In this document: piece after piece, positions 25,857 through 35,925 of the stretch | Numbering within the stretch: position 1 is the stretch's first letter | Layout of the letters: each line of letters begins with the position of its first letter | Assembly (NCBI GenBank): GCA_950097015.1 | Contig: CATNEN010000001.1 | Span: 10,168,001 to 10,232,000, forward strand | Direction: 5' to 3' | Length of the DNA: 64,000 nt | Source: Macrostomum hystrix | Taxonomy: Eukaryota; Animalia; Platyhelminthes | Program-made: the position numbers and the translations under genes | Notes under the pieces: generated by a model | What the model was told of the DNA's origin: nothing | The model's database searches: none | The model's input: the letters and a program-made list of their open reading frames with translations, nothing else

Positions 25857-26549
25857 ATGTACTACGACAAAGAATTTGATGCACTGGACCAGTACTCGGT
25901 TGCAGAAGCGCACGAGCAGAAGACATTCGTGCCGCCAATCTTCCCAACAAAGATGTCGTGGAAGACGGTCAAACGTCTTCCAGCAGAGGGCGCGGTATCA
26001 GGCCTACAACCAAGATGGATTAGAAGGCTGTCTGGACAGGAGGAAGGGAAAATATTATGGGTCAGACTCCGGACAGCTGTCCAATGTGCCACGGAGCTCA
26101 GAAGTGCAGCCAATGGTCACTCAGTCTGGGAGCTGTCACAACACCACCAGGAGGTAAATAACCTAAGGATCCCGGCCTATGTGGCATCGGCATTGACCAC
26201 GCGAAGGATCATCGAGGATCCGGTGAATCTGGTGTGGTTAGCATCATCAGAAGAGCCAGCCAGGGAACGACATACAATTTTCCTACACTACAACGAGGAG
26301 AAGACAGCGTACGAGGTCCACATCATGGAGGCCCACCCGAAGGGGTTCAAGAGGTTTTCGATAGTGCCGGAGGAGCTGCCCGTCGACCTGTCAGCAGCGG
26401 CAGCCATCGACACGGCCTGGCACGGAATGCTAAGCTATCACAACATTGACATGCACCGCCCAAAAGGAGGAAAAAAGCACCAAGAGAACATTATACAAGT
26501 CTTTATACATTATAAATTTAGCATTTCGACAAAAGTTATAATATTTTAG
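25857..26549 (+). CDS. Accessory ORF4 of the env-bearing Gypsy, function unknown (3' end probably runs into foreign DNA near 26480)
   Basis: About 207 open codons with the element's strand and composition bias, followed by an abrupt switch to AT-rich DNA. Confidence 0.5.
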   Translation: MYYDKEFDALDQYSVAEAHEQKTFVPPIFPTKMSWKTVKRLPAEGAVSGLQPRWIRRLSGQEEGKILWVRLRTAVQCATELRSAANGHSVWELSQHHQEVNNLRIPAYVASALTTRRIIEDPVNLVWLASSEEPARERHTIFLHYNEEKTAYEVHIMEAHPKGFKRFSIVPEELPVDLSAAAAIDTAWHGMLSYHNIDMHRPKGGKKHQENIIQVFIHYKFSISTKVIIF

Positions 26550-28021
26550 CACAAAACTAACTTTCTGTAATCACACTAGCACTACACTAAGTGCAAAAAA
26601 TGTGCTGAAATTTTATAGCCAAGTTTAGCTGAATGTAATGATCAAATGTTTTTTTTTAATTTTCTCAAAACCTTATATTAAAAAAATAATGGGTGTATTT
26701 GTAAGTAAATGTCTGTATACATTTTATTTTGGTTCTGTAACCAAGCTAGACAATTACCTATTGTGCATTGGAGCGTGAAAATCAACAAAAATGTTCATTA
26801 CTTTAATTATTGCAAATGATTTTTTTCATTTTGCATTGACATAAACAGATTTCAAATTATAGGCCTCAATAAATTTCAATAGGTTTATGCATTATAGACA
26901 AATATATGTATTCTAAAATAGTGCAAAAAATTATATCACTACATTTTTTTGAATATTTGAAAAAAACATTTTTTGAATATTTGAATATAAATATTATTTC
27001 CTCCCAATTGGAAGAGTCAAGAAATAAAGATTATTTTAAGAATGTTTGTTCTCTGTTTATGCACTAAGGATTTAAGATGTTAATACAGGATCTACGTGTA
27101 AAACATGCTTACAACCATTGTTCATCCTCTCGTCGCAGGGCAAGCCTTTTGCACTTAGTAAGCGGCAGAAGCTGCGAGCAAAAAAGGATAGATACATTAA
27201 AAAGAACTTTGGGTCACATAGCAGCTACCTTATAAATCAGCGTGCCTACTACCACAAAAAGAAGACCAGTAGAATTACCGCAGGCAATAATCCGCCTAAG
27301 CAATCTAAGCGCGTACCAATTTCTCGTTCTGAGGCAGCACGTGTCCGTGAGCGCACGAAGCTTAAAAGAGAGGCTCGAAATCTGCATGATGGGCTGATTG
27401 AAGCAAAAAGGCGGATCAGCATTCTGCGTGTCCAGCTATTGAGGGGGCATCAAGCAACGGCTGCCGCTGAACGGCGCTGTGAGGATCTGGACAGGCGGAG
27501 CAATTTCTTGGTTGAGACCTTAGCTGGTCTGCGGCGCAAAAAGCACATTCGTCAAAGCATCCGAGAAATTTGTGAAGCCTCGCCACCAGATAAGCGAAAG
27601 GCTGTCATGCAGATGCTTGGTGCGTCCCCGAAGGTTCTGAAGGCGCCTGTCAGACGAGTCACGAAAGCCCTTCACGAATCTGTAGAAGCCTTCTGGTGCG
27701 ATGATGAGAATAGCCGCTCGACATCATCGAAGAAGCATTTCATCAGGCGATTCGTGGTAATCACTGGCAAGAAAACCAAGGAGACACGTCAGAAGCGCTT
27801 TCTTGTGTCCACAGGTAAATGAAGTCCATTGATTACATGGTACGCTGGGCTTGATTACAAAACGCAAGCAATCAGTATATTTTATGAACATTTATACAAA
27901 TATACATTCTACGAGCGTAGATGTAGTCCAGGAACTTAAATTGGAAACAGATATGTAGTGCAGTGAGAGATTCAAACTAGTAAATAAAATCACAATTTTA
28001 ATATCATTTTCTGCTTCCTAA

Positions 28022-28711
28022 TGTAGTGACAGTGGTCGGTTTGAGATCCCCGGCCCACAGCCCTATTAAGTAAAATATTATCGATCACTGAACCAGGCGT
28101 TAGGACGCTCTGTTGCAGTCAGGGACTGGTGGCGTTTGGACGCTCACACAGTACTTCTAAGATTATTACAGTACTCCGTGCGGACCTGGCACCCCGAAAG
28201 GACAGACACAAATACAGTGCTTACCGGTCGGGACGCACGATAGGATGGCAGGATGACGCTGAATGTATTTGTCGGCAATTTTTGCACTTTAATAAACCAT
28301 GCACTCGGAATCACTATTCAATAATCACTTCGCTATGCAATAAATTGAGCCTTCGCCGTAAGAGACCGTCTTTACGGCACGATCTTTTAAAGTTCGCAAG
28401 GGGGGAGAGAGGTAGCCTTGGCCCGGGCAGAAAACGATACCTTAAGGGCTGACAAGGGGGCAGACAGGGGCGGAGCACAAACAAAGCCTACAGCGCGCTG
28501 GGGGGTAGGGTTGTACGCGCTGGACGGGTGGACGGGCAAAGCTACGCAGAGCTGATTGGCGTGAGGGCAAAGCCACGGAGGGCTGGGGTAGGATAGGCAC
28601 ACAATGCCCGCGCCCAGCCAATCAGATGGCGGCACCGGGCACTCTGAGCCAAGACGGCGCTGGGTGAGGAAGGCCTAACAAAACCACAAGACCAGAGACA
28701 CCGGCACCACA
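28022..28711 (-). repeat. 3' LTR (690 bp)
   Basis: Matches 35236-35925. The PPT AGGAGGGGAGGA (28712-28723, minus strand) is adjacent. Confidence 0.96.
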
Positions 28712-28899
28712 TCCTCCCCTCCTAAAAAAGCAAAATACACGCATAAGGATGAAACTGGGAAAAGAAGACACTGGGATAAACGACGTCGACCGACCGAAAT
28801 TTAAATGTAAACACAAGGAACGAAACGAAAGTTACTGGCACTGGACAGGGAGGCACTGGGGTTGGCAGAGCGCGGCAAGACTGTAGGGACGCACGTCTA

Positions 28900-29460
28900 G
28901 GCTATGTACCGACGTCGCGGACCGGGCACTGACGTCACCGGCCTCGGCGCTGATAGCAGAGCGCTGTGGTCGCAGCCAGGGCAGCCGTCGCAGGCACGGT
29001 GCTGACGTCGCAGACAGTGTGCTGGCACCGCAGGCAAGGCGCTGACGTCGCAGACCGAGCAGCCGTTGCAGCCGGCGCAGGCGACTTCGGCAGAGCACTG
29101 ACATCGCAGGCGCACGCTGGCGTCCCAGGCAGGGCGGTGGCGTCGCAGACAGTGCGCTGACGTCACCGGCAGTGCGCTAACATCGCAGGCAGGCCGATGG
29201 CATCGCAGGCAATGTGTTGACGTCACAGGCCGAGCAGCCGTCGCTGCCGGCGCAGGCGACCTCGGCAGAGCACTGACCTCGCGGGCATACGCTGTCGTCG
29301 CAGGATTGCTAGAGTCACAGGCATTGCGCTGACGTCACAGGATTGCTAGAGTCGCAGGCATTGCGCTGACGTCGCAGGCAGGGCGCTGGCTCCGCAGACA
29401 GTGCGATGGCGTCGCCGGCAAGGTGTTGACGTCGCAGGCCGAGCGGCGTTGCAGCCAGGG
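28900..29460. repeat. Degenerate CpG-rich repeat array with TGACGTC cores in the Gypsy 3' UTR
   Basis: Recurrent gcgctgacgtcgcagg. Perfect TGACGTCA at 28930, 29158, 29218 and 29330. Confidence 0.75.
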
Positions 29461-29783
29461 AAGTGATGTTACCAGGCATGGGGCTGCGATGATGCCTTGT
29501 ACCTGCCGGCAGAGGCGGCCCGTGTCCACCCTCCCAGAATGCCAGGTTTAGTACATACGAACACATACGGTACAAGTAAACCCTACACCAAACGAACATA
29601 CAGTAAAGTACGTGCTAAATAATACGCGGCTAGGAAGGCCGGGGTCCCCTCCGACCACTCACACCGGGGAGCATGACGCAATCTGATAGTATCTTTAGCA
29701 GAGATCCACGTCGGGACGCTACTGAACATCAGATGATGCGACGAAACGTGCAGTTTGATGTCGCTTTGCTCGACTCGCGGGCC

Positions 29784-32700
29784 TCAGTACAGCACAGGCT
29801 GGCCATATCGATCAGGTTGTCGGCGTGTTCTGCCGGACCTTCGTGGTTCGAATTCTACCTCCTCCGGTTCCTCATGCTCCGGCGGCAGTTCGGCCTGAAC
29901 CTCCGGGTTAGGTCTAACTGGGTCTTTCCTCTGGTGTCCAGGATGCCAGTCTTCCTCTTCCTGATCTTGCTCGGGTTCTTCGGCTTCGGACTGTACGTCG
30001 TCCGGCTCGGTCTCCGGCCCTTTCACCTCCTGTACTTGGAACTTCCGGAGGTTGTTGAAGTGGACGACTTTCGTTTTCCTGCGGTTCGACGGATTCTCTA
30101 CCTTGAACAGAACCTCTGAGATTTTGCAGAGTACACGGACAGGTCCTCGCCAACTGATGTGAAACTTCGCTGCTTCGTCAGGCTTCAGTGCGGGACTGTA
30201 GATAAAGACGTGGTCGCCCTCCTTGATGTCGGAACCACGAGTTTTTTTGTCGTAGTGGTCCTTCTGCCTTCTCTGATACGTGTTTAGCTGCATCCGCGCA
30301 GCGCGATGAGCCGTCTGCAATTTGATCTCCAGGTCTTTGACGAATTCCACATGCGAGCTCACGCGCTGGGGCGGCTGGTCGGACAGATCGATAGGCAGGC
30401 GCATCTCCGTACCGTAGACCATGTAGTGGGGCGTGTAGCCTGTGCCTCTGTGGACGCTCGATCGGTACGCCATCAACGCTGAACTCACGAACTCCTCCCA
30501 GTCGTTCCGTCCGGCGTCTTCTAGGCAGCACTTGAGCATGGACTTCAAGCTCTTGTTGAAGTTTTCAACCTGTCCATTTCCACTTGGATGGTAGGCTGTA
30601 GTCCGCGACTTCCTGATCTCGAGCATCCGGCACATCTCTCGCACGATTTTGGACTCGAAGTTTCTTCCTTGGTCACTGTGCAGCGTGTTCGGACAACCAT
30701 GCTGACTAATCCATCTGTCGAACAGGACTTTTGCAACCGTCTTCGCTTTCTGATTGCGCAATGGGTAGGCGTCTGGCCACTTAGTGAAGGAGTCTTGGAC
30801 AGTCAGAATGTACGAGTTTCCGGCTTTGCTTCGCGGCAGTGGCCCAACAATGTCCACCATGATGCAGTCGAATGGTGCGGCAAATGTGAGAGGTTTTAGA
30901 GGGGCGCGATTCTTCTTCCCTGCTTTCGCCTTGCAGCAGACAGCGCATCCTCGGATAAACTCCTCAATCGCCCGGGCCAGACCTGGCCGCCAGAAACGCT
31001 GCAACATCTTGTGTTTCGTCTTCGCGAAGCCCATGTGGCCGCCTCCGACACCCTGGTGCAAGCTTTTCAACGTCCTTGGAAGACAGCTTTGTGGGAGTAC
31101 GATGAGTTGCTTGTCGCTCTTGTTCTTGTCACGTATGAACAGCGTCTCTTCTTGGAGCAGCAAATCATCTCGTCGCGCCCAAATTCCTCTTGCCAGTGGA
31201 CTCCAGGCCGTGGTGTCGATCTCTCCCGCATTTGGCGACTGAGTAATAAGGATCAGTGCATTCTTGACAGCCCGTAGGTCACCGTCCTGATCCTGTTCGC
31301 GCTTGAGATCTGCTGCTGAAAAGCCTCCCAGTTCGATGCTGTTGATCCTGTTGCTATACCCACTTGCACAGACAGGGCATGAGTCGGCGCCAAAATGCTT
31401 TCTTACAACCGGCTTTCGGGACATTGCATCCGCATTGACGTGGGCTCGACCTGGCCGGTGGACGATCCTGTACTGGAACGGTGCCAGCTTCTCCAGCCAG
31501 CGTGCCACCTGTCCCTCAGCATCCTTGAAGTTCTTTAGCCACTGGAGGCTGCTGTGGTCAGTGCGCAGGCAGAATTCTTTGCCGAGAAGGTAGTATTTGA
31601 ACTTGGCAACGAACGTCACCACTGCCAGCAGCTCTAGTCGTGTCGTGCAGTAATTGCGCTCTGCTTGATTCAGCGACTTTGAGGCATACGCGATCACTCG
31701 CTCCGAACCATCGGTCTGGACTTGCGAGAGTACGGCCCCGATTCCAACCTTTGAGCTTCCATCGGTGTCGAGCACGAACTCACCAGCCGTAGGCGACAAG
31801 TCCGGATGTGCCATGACTTCAGAGCTCGTCAAATTCTGTTTTAATGCTTCGAAGGCAGTCTCCTGCTCCTCCCATCGGAACTTTGCGCCTTTAGTTGTCA
31901 ACAGAGTCAATGGTGCGGCGATCTCGGAAAAATTTCTGATGAATCTCCGGTAGTAGCCACACAACCCTAAGAAAGACTGCAGCTCCGACAGGTTCTTTGG
32001 CGTTGGCCAGTCTCTCACTTCCTGGACTTTGGACTCTTCCGTGCTGATACCTGTGGCGGAGACCTTGTGCCCCAGGAACTCAACTTCTTTTTGCAGAAAG
32101 TGGCATTTTTGTGGCTTCAAGCTAAGATTAGCCAGTTGAAGCTTTTCAAAGATTTCCTCCAATCGACGCAGATGTTCCGCGACGTCGGCAGACCACACTA
32201 GCAGGTCGTCAATGTAGACCAAACAAGTTCTCCACATCTGCTTGTCCAACACCGCTGCCATCAACCTGGTAAAGGTCGCCGGGCTGTTCACCAAGCCAAA
32301 CGGCATGACTTTCCATCGGAATTGTCCCCGGTGTGGCACTGAAAAAGCTGTCTTGTCCTTGTCCTTCGGAGACATGCCGACCTGCCAAAACCCACTGTGC
32401 AGGTCCATAGTCGAGAAGATCTGTGCCCCATGAAGGGCCTCCAATGCATCGTCGACTCTCGGCATAGGCACTGCGTCTTTGACGGTGACATCGTTAAGCT
32501 TGCGATAATCCACACACATCCTCATTTCTCCGCTCTTCTTACGGACGCAAACGAGTGGCGAGCACCAAGGCGACTGTGCCACTTCTATTTGGCCTTTTTC
32601 CAGCAGCTCGTCAATTTGGTGGTCCACTTCTGGCTGGAGGTGCGGAGGCAATCGGCGCGGTGGAATCTTGATGGGCCGCGCGTTCGTCGTGTCAATTCCG

Positions 32701-34205
32701 TGCTGTACCACTATGGTGACTTTTGGCGCGGACTGCTTGGTCGCAAACACGTCTCGGTATTTCCAGATTAGATCTTGAAAGGCAGAGTTTTCATCACTGG
32801 TCAGCCCACAGGACCCATAGGAGTTGGGCAGCAGCTCCGAAATTTCTAGTTCGTTTGGATCGCCTTTGCTGAGACCCGCACTTCGAGACGGATCAGATTC
32901 CATGGCAAGTAGCTCGACTGTGTTAAACGGTTCCGCGACTTCAAGTGGGCAGAACCAACCCAGCGTGCTACCTCTCCTAATTCGTACTGGCTCCTCTGTT
33001 AGATTAACGAGTCTCGCAGGCACCAGCGCTTTTTCTGATGGTATTACGAGAGCCTTGGCCAGGCAGCGTCCGGACTCGAGGTTGAGCTGACTCAGGTTCT
33101 CGGTGATGCCAAGACAGCCGCTATTTCGCTGGCCTTTCCTTTCGAGCCTTCCAGGGAGGACGATCTGCTGACCTGGTTTTAGAGTTCGTGACCTTTGTGA
33201 CAGGATCCTGCACACTAGCGGTCGTTCTGCCTGCCATCGGATCGGGATGGAGCTTTCGCCCACTCTAAACGCTGCATGCTGGTAGTCGATAACACAGCTG
33301 TTGTCCCTACAGAAGTCCGATCCTAGGACCAGCTGGTATTTGATTCCACTGACCACCAGTACCGGTGTGCTGATGAGTTTTCCAGCTATGGCCACAGGCA
33401 ACTGTACTGTCTTCTCGATGGAGATCGGACTCCCGTTTGCCAAGCTCACATGACCTTCTGCTCCTGCCAGGACTTGGATTCTAGAGTTCGGCAAGCTTTC
33501 GTAGGTCTCCGTAGACATGATAGAGCACGATGCTCCAGAGTCCACTAAAGCGTCTAGCTTCTTTCCGGCTACATTAATGGTGACAAAAATTGATACCGGA
33601 TTGATCTGAATGGGTGGGCTCGATGGTTGCCTTAGCGGTGTAGACAGCCCCGCTTTTGTCTTCTTGCGCCTCGATCTGCGATGACGCTGGGTGCCAGGCT
33701 GTGGTTGCTGATGCTGCTGGTTGCCAGGCTGGGGTTGATGATGATGCTGGATGACTGGCTGGGGTTGCTGATGATGCTGATTGCCAGGCAGTGCTTGCTG
33801 ATGATGCTGGTTGCCAGGCAGTGCTTGCTGATGATGCTGATTGCCAGGCAGTGCTTGCTGATGATGCTGGTTGCCAGGCAGTGCTTGCTGATGATGCTGA
33901 ATGTGAGGCTGGGGTTGCTGATGATGCTGGTTGCCAGGCAGTGCTTGCTGATGATGCTGGTTGCCAGGCAGTGCTTGCTGATGATGCTGATTGCCAGGCA
34001 GTGCTTGCTGATGATGCTGAATGTGAGGCTGGGGTTGCTGATGATGCTGGTTGCCAGGCAGTGCTTGCTGATGATGCTGGTTGCCAGGCAGTGCTTGCTG
34101 ATGATGCTGAATGTGAGGCTGGGGTTGCTGATGATGCTGGTTTGAGGCTGGCGAATAGCAGGGGCTCAGTTGCCTCCAGGACGTGGGCCCCTCCTGTCTT
34201 TTCCC
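29784..34205 (-). CDS. pol: Pol polyprotein (PR-RT-RNaseH-INT), probably expressed by -1 frameshift
   Basis: Motifs LVDSGA, YIDD, DTDGS, HMG...CAVC, DIVGPL, HSDQG, VENFN. Uninterrupted 1490-codon frame. Confidence 0.96.
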   Translation of the reverse strand, partial: GKRQEGPTSWRQLSPCYSPASNQHHQQPQPHIQHHQQALPGNQHHQQALPGNQHHQQPQPHIQHHQQALPGNQHHQQALPGNQHHQQALPGNQHHQQPQPHIQHHQQALPGNQHHQQALPGNQHHQQALPGNQHHQQALPGNQHHQQPQPVIQHHHQPQPGNQQHQQPQPGTQRHRRSRRKKTKAGLSTPLRQPSSPPIQINPVSIFVTINVAGKKLDALVDSGASCSIMSTETYESLPNSRIQVLAGAEGHVSLANGSPISIEKTVQLPVAIAGKLISTPVLVVSGIKYQLVLGSDFCRDNSCVIDYQHAAFRVGESSIPIRWQAERPLVCRILSQRSRTLKPGQQIVLPGRLERKGQRNSGCLGITENLSQLNLESGRCLAKALVIPSEKALVPARLVNLTEEPVRIRRGSTLGWFCPLEVAEPFNTVELLAMESDPSRSAGLSKGDPNELEISELLPNSYGSCGLTSDENSAFQDLIWKYRDVFATKQSAPKVTIVVQHGIDTTNARPIKIPPRRLPPHLQPEVDHQIDELLEKGQIEVAQSPWCSPLVCVRKKSGEMRMCVDYRKLNDVTVKDAVPMPRVDDALEALHGAQIFSTMDLHSGFWQVGMSPKDKDKTAFSVPHRGQFRWKVMPFGLVNSPATFTRLMAAVLDKQMWRTCLVYIDDLLVWSADVAEHLRRLEEIFEKLQLANLSLKPQKCHFLQKEVEFLGHKVSATGISTEESKVQEVRDWPTPKNLSELQSFLGLCGYYRRFIRNFSEIAAPLTLLTTKGAKFRWEEQETAFEALKQNLTSSEVMAHPDLSPTAGEFVLDTDGSSKVGIGAVLSQVQTDGSERVIAYASKSLNQAERNYCTTRLELLAVVTFVAKFKYYLLGKEFCLRTDHSSLQWLKNFKDAEGQVARWLEKLAPFQYRIVHRPGRAHVNADAMSRKPVVRKHFGADSCPVCASGYSNRINSIELGGFSAADLKREQDQDGDLRAVKNALILITQSPNAGEIDTTAWSPLARGIWARRDDLLLQEETLFIRDKNKSDKQLIVLPQSCLPRTLKSLHQGVGGGHMGFAKTKHKMLQRFWRPGLARAIEEFIRGCAVCCKAKAGKKNRAPLKPLTFAAPFDCIMVDIVGPLPRSKAGNSYILTVQDSFTKWPDAYPLRNQKAKTVAKVLFDRWISQHGCPNTLHSDQGRNFESKIVREMCRMLEIRKSRTTAYHPSGNGQVENFNKSLKSMLKCCLEDAGRNDWEEFVSSALMAYRSSVHRGTGYTPHYMVYGTEMRLPIDLSDQPPQRVSSHVEFVKDLEIKLQTAHRAARMQLNTYQRRQKDHYDKKTRGSDIKEGDHVFIYSPALKPDEAAKFHISWRGPVRVLCKISEVLFKVENPSNRRKTKVVHFNNLRKFQVQEVKGPETEPDDVQSEAEEPEQDQEEEDWHPGHQRKDPVRPNPEVQAELPPEHEEPEEVEFEPRRSGRTRRQPDRYGQPVLY
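33690..34145 (-). repeat. In-frame 30-bp tandem repeat encoding (NQHHQQALPG/IQHHQQPQPH)n, ~15 units
   Basis: Direct inspection of the sequence and ORF track. Confidence 0.95.
34160..34205 (-). promoter_or_regulatory. Candidate -1 ribosomal frameshift signal
   Basis: G GGA AAA heptamer in the correct gag phase (34205-34199). The -1 frame gives GKRQEG of pol. An AGGGGC...GCCCCT stem starts 6 nt downstream. Confidence 0.7.
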
Positions 34206-35074
34206 GAATTCTGGCACTGGAACGACAGGTGTCCGACCTCGCCGCAACGGTAGCACGTGACGCCGTTGCGTTGTTTTGGATTCGAAGGGCCGGTCTGGTT
34301 TTCTCGCGCCTCGGGTCGTGCCGCTTGAGTTGACTGCGCCTGGTTTCTTTCCATGCGTTGTATTTTCTCCTCCATTGTCTTCACCTGATGACGCAGCAGG
34401 CGCAGCTCCTCTTCTTTGTCCTGAGCGGTGGCCGGTGTCTCTGCAGCCAGAACATTCAGTCCGGCTCTGGGTCTCGTTCTAGACTGTGCTGAAGATGCCC
34501 TCTGCGCGGCCTCCAGCTGTCGTACTGTCCGAATGGCCTCCGCGAGGTCGGTCGGCTGTTGCAGGTAGAGCCTCTCTCGCACGGTGTCGGACACTCGGAC
34601 ACCCTTCAAGAATCTGTCCTTTGCCAGCTCGGTCCTAGTGTCTGCGTCTGCAGTGGGGAAGGCGTTGCGGGCCAGCTCCAACAGCTCGTCTCCGTAGGTT
34701 TCGACAGCCTCTTTATCTAGCTGGTCACGGTTCGAAAGCTCGAAGCGGTAGTCCTGCACCGTCCTGTTCATGGTGAATCGGGCTACGAGCCTCGCCGTAA
34801 ATTCTCCGTATTCAAGATCGTCCGGGAGGTCCAATTTGTCTACTGCGGCGTATGCCGTTGTGAGATCAAGGAGGCTGATTAGGTGTGGCCTTCGGTCTCC
34901 TTCTTCAATGTCGACCATCCCGCAGTACTCGTTGATATTTTGCAGCCACAAGTTGAAGTTCATCGATGGGACGTACTTGGGCGGCTTCGGAATTCTCGGC
35001 GCTGTGCGTTCCGCGTTGGCCCTAAGGCGCGTGGCCAGCGCGTTGATCAGATCGTCCATGGCTTGATCTCCCAT
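34166..35074 (-). CDS. gag: Gag with CCHC zinc knuckle
   Basis: Capsid-like region plus CYRCGEVGHLSFQC. Confidence 0.93.
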   Translation of the reverse strand: MGDQAMDDLINALATRLRANAERTAPRIPKPPKYVPSMNFNLWLQNINEYCGMVDIEEGDRRPHLISLLDLTTAYAAVDKLDLPDDLEYGEFTARLVARFTMNRTVQDYRFELSNRDQLDKEAVETYGDELLELARNAFPTADADTRTELAKDRFLKGVRVSDTVRERLYLQQPTDLAEAIRTVRQLEAAQRASSAQSRTRPRAGLNVLAAETPATAQDKEEELRLLRHQVKTMEEKIQRMERNQAQSTQAARPEARENQTGPSNPKQRNGVTCYRCGEVGHLSFQCQNSGKDRRGPRPGGN

Positions 35075-35214
35075 GACTTAAGTTCTGTCAGGCTAGGCGT
35101 AGGTGAGTCTAGACAGAGAACAATAGCTGGCACTCTCGTTGACCCAGTTGATGCTGAATGAGGCCGCTTGATGCTCGCTGAGACAAATAGTTGCTATCGG
35201 TAATGAGGGACCGT

Positions 35215-35232
35215 GTCCCCGTTCGGGCGCCA
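35215..35232 (-). promoter_or_regulatory. Primer-binding site, tRNA-Lys(UUU) type
   Basis: TGGCGCCCGAACGGGGAC, a 17/18 match to the tRNA-Lys3 PBS TGGCGCCCGAACAGGGAC, next to the 5' LTR. Confidence 0.9.
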
Positions 35233-35235
35233 ATT

Positions 35236-35925
35236 TGTAGTGACAGTGGTCGGTTTGAGATCCCCGGCCCACAGCCCTATTAAGTAAAATATTATCGATC
35301 ACTGAACCAGGCGTTAGGACGCTCTGTTGCAGTCAGGGACTGGTGGCGTTAGGACGCTCACACAGTACTTCTAAGATTATTACAGTACTCCGTGCGGACC
35401 TGGCACCCCGAAAGGACAGACACAAATACAGTGCTTACCGGTCGGGACGCACGATAGGATGGCAGGATGACGCTGAATGTATTTGTCGGCAATTTTTGCA
35501 CTTTAATAAACCATGCACTCGGAATCACTATTCAATAATCACTTCGCTATGCAATAAATTGAGCCTTCGCCGTAAGAGACCGTCTTTACGGCACGATCTT
35601 TTAAAGTTCGCAAGGGGGGAGAGAGGTAGCCTTGGCCCGGGCAGAAAACGATACCTTAAGGGCTGACAAGGGGGCAGACAGGGGCGGAGCACAAACAAAG
35701 CCTACAGCGCGCTGGGGGGTAGGGTTGTACGCGCTGGACGGGTGGACGGGCAAAGCTACGCAGAGCTGATTGGCGTGAGGGCAAAGCCACGGAGGGCTGG
35801 GGTAGGATAGGCACACAATGCCCGCGCCCAGCCAATCAGATGGCGGCACCGGGCACTCTGAGCCAAGACGGCGCTGGGTGAGGAAGGCCTAACAAAACCA
35901 CAAGGCCAGAGACACCGGCACCACA
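35236..35925 (-). repeat. 5' LTR (690 bp)
   Basis: Matches 28022-28711. Confidence 0.96.

Larger units (their letters stand above)
16343..26480 (+). mobile_element. Degenerate Ty3/Gypsy retroelement with gene order gag-env-pol-ORF4; LTRs not found
   Basis: Uniform purine-rich strand bias, PR-RT-RH-INT domain order, scattered stops and frameshifts. Confidence 0.85.
28022..35925 (-). mobile_element. Full-length, young Ty3/Gypsy LTR retrotransposon
   Basis: 690-bp LTRs (TG...CA) with 2 differences seen, TSD CTAA, PBS, PPT, and uninterrupted gag and pol. Confidence 0.97.

Noticed and set aside
26478-26500. CACCAAGAGAAC as the left TIR of the DNA transposon
   Set aside because: No matching right TIR was found in the window.
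30178-34482. Plus-strand and alternate-frame ORFs overlapping gag/pol
   Set aside because: They are shadow frames of GC-rich coding sequence and of the 30-bp repeat.
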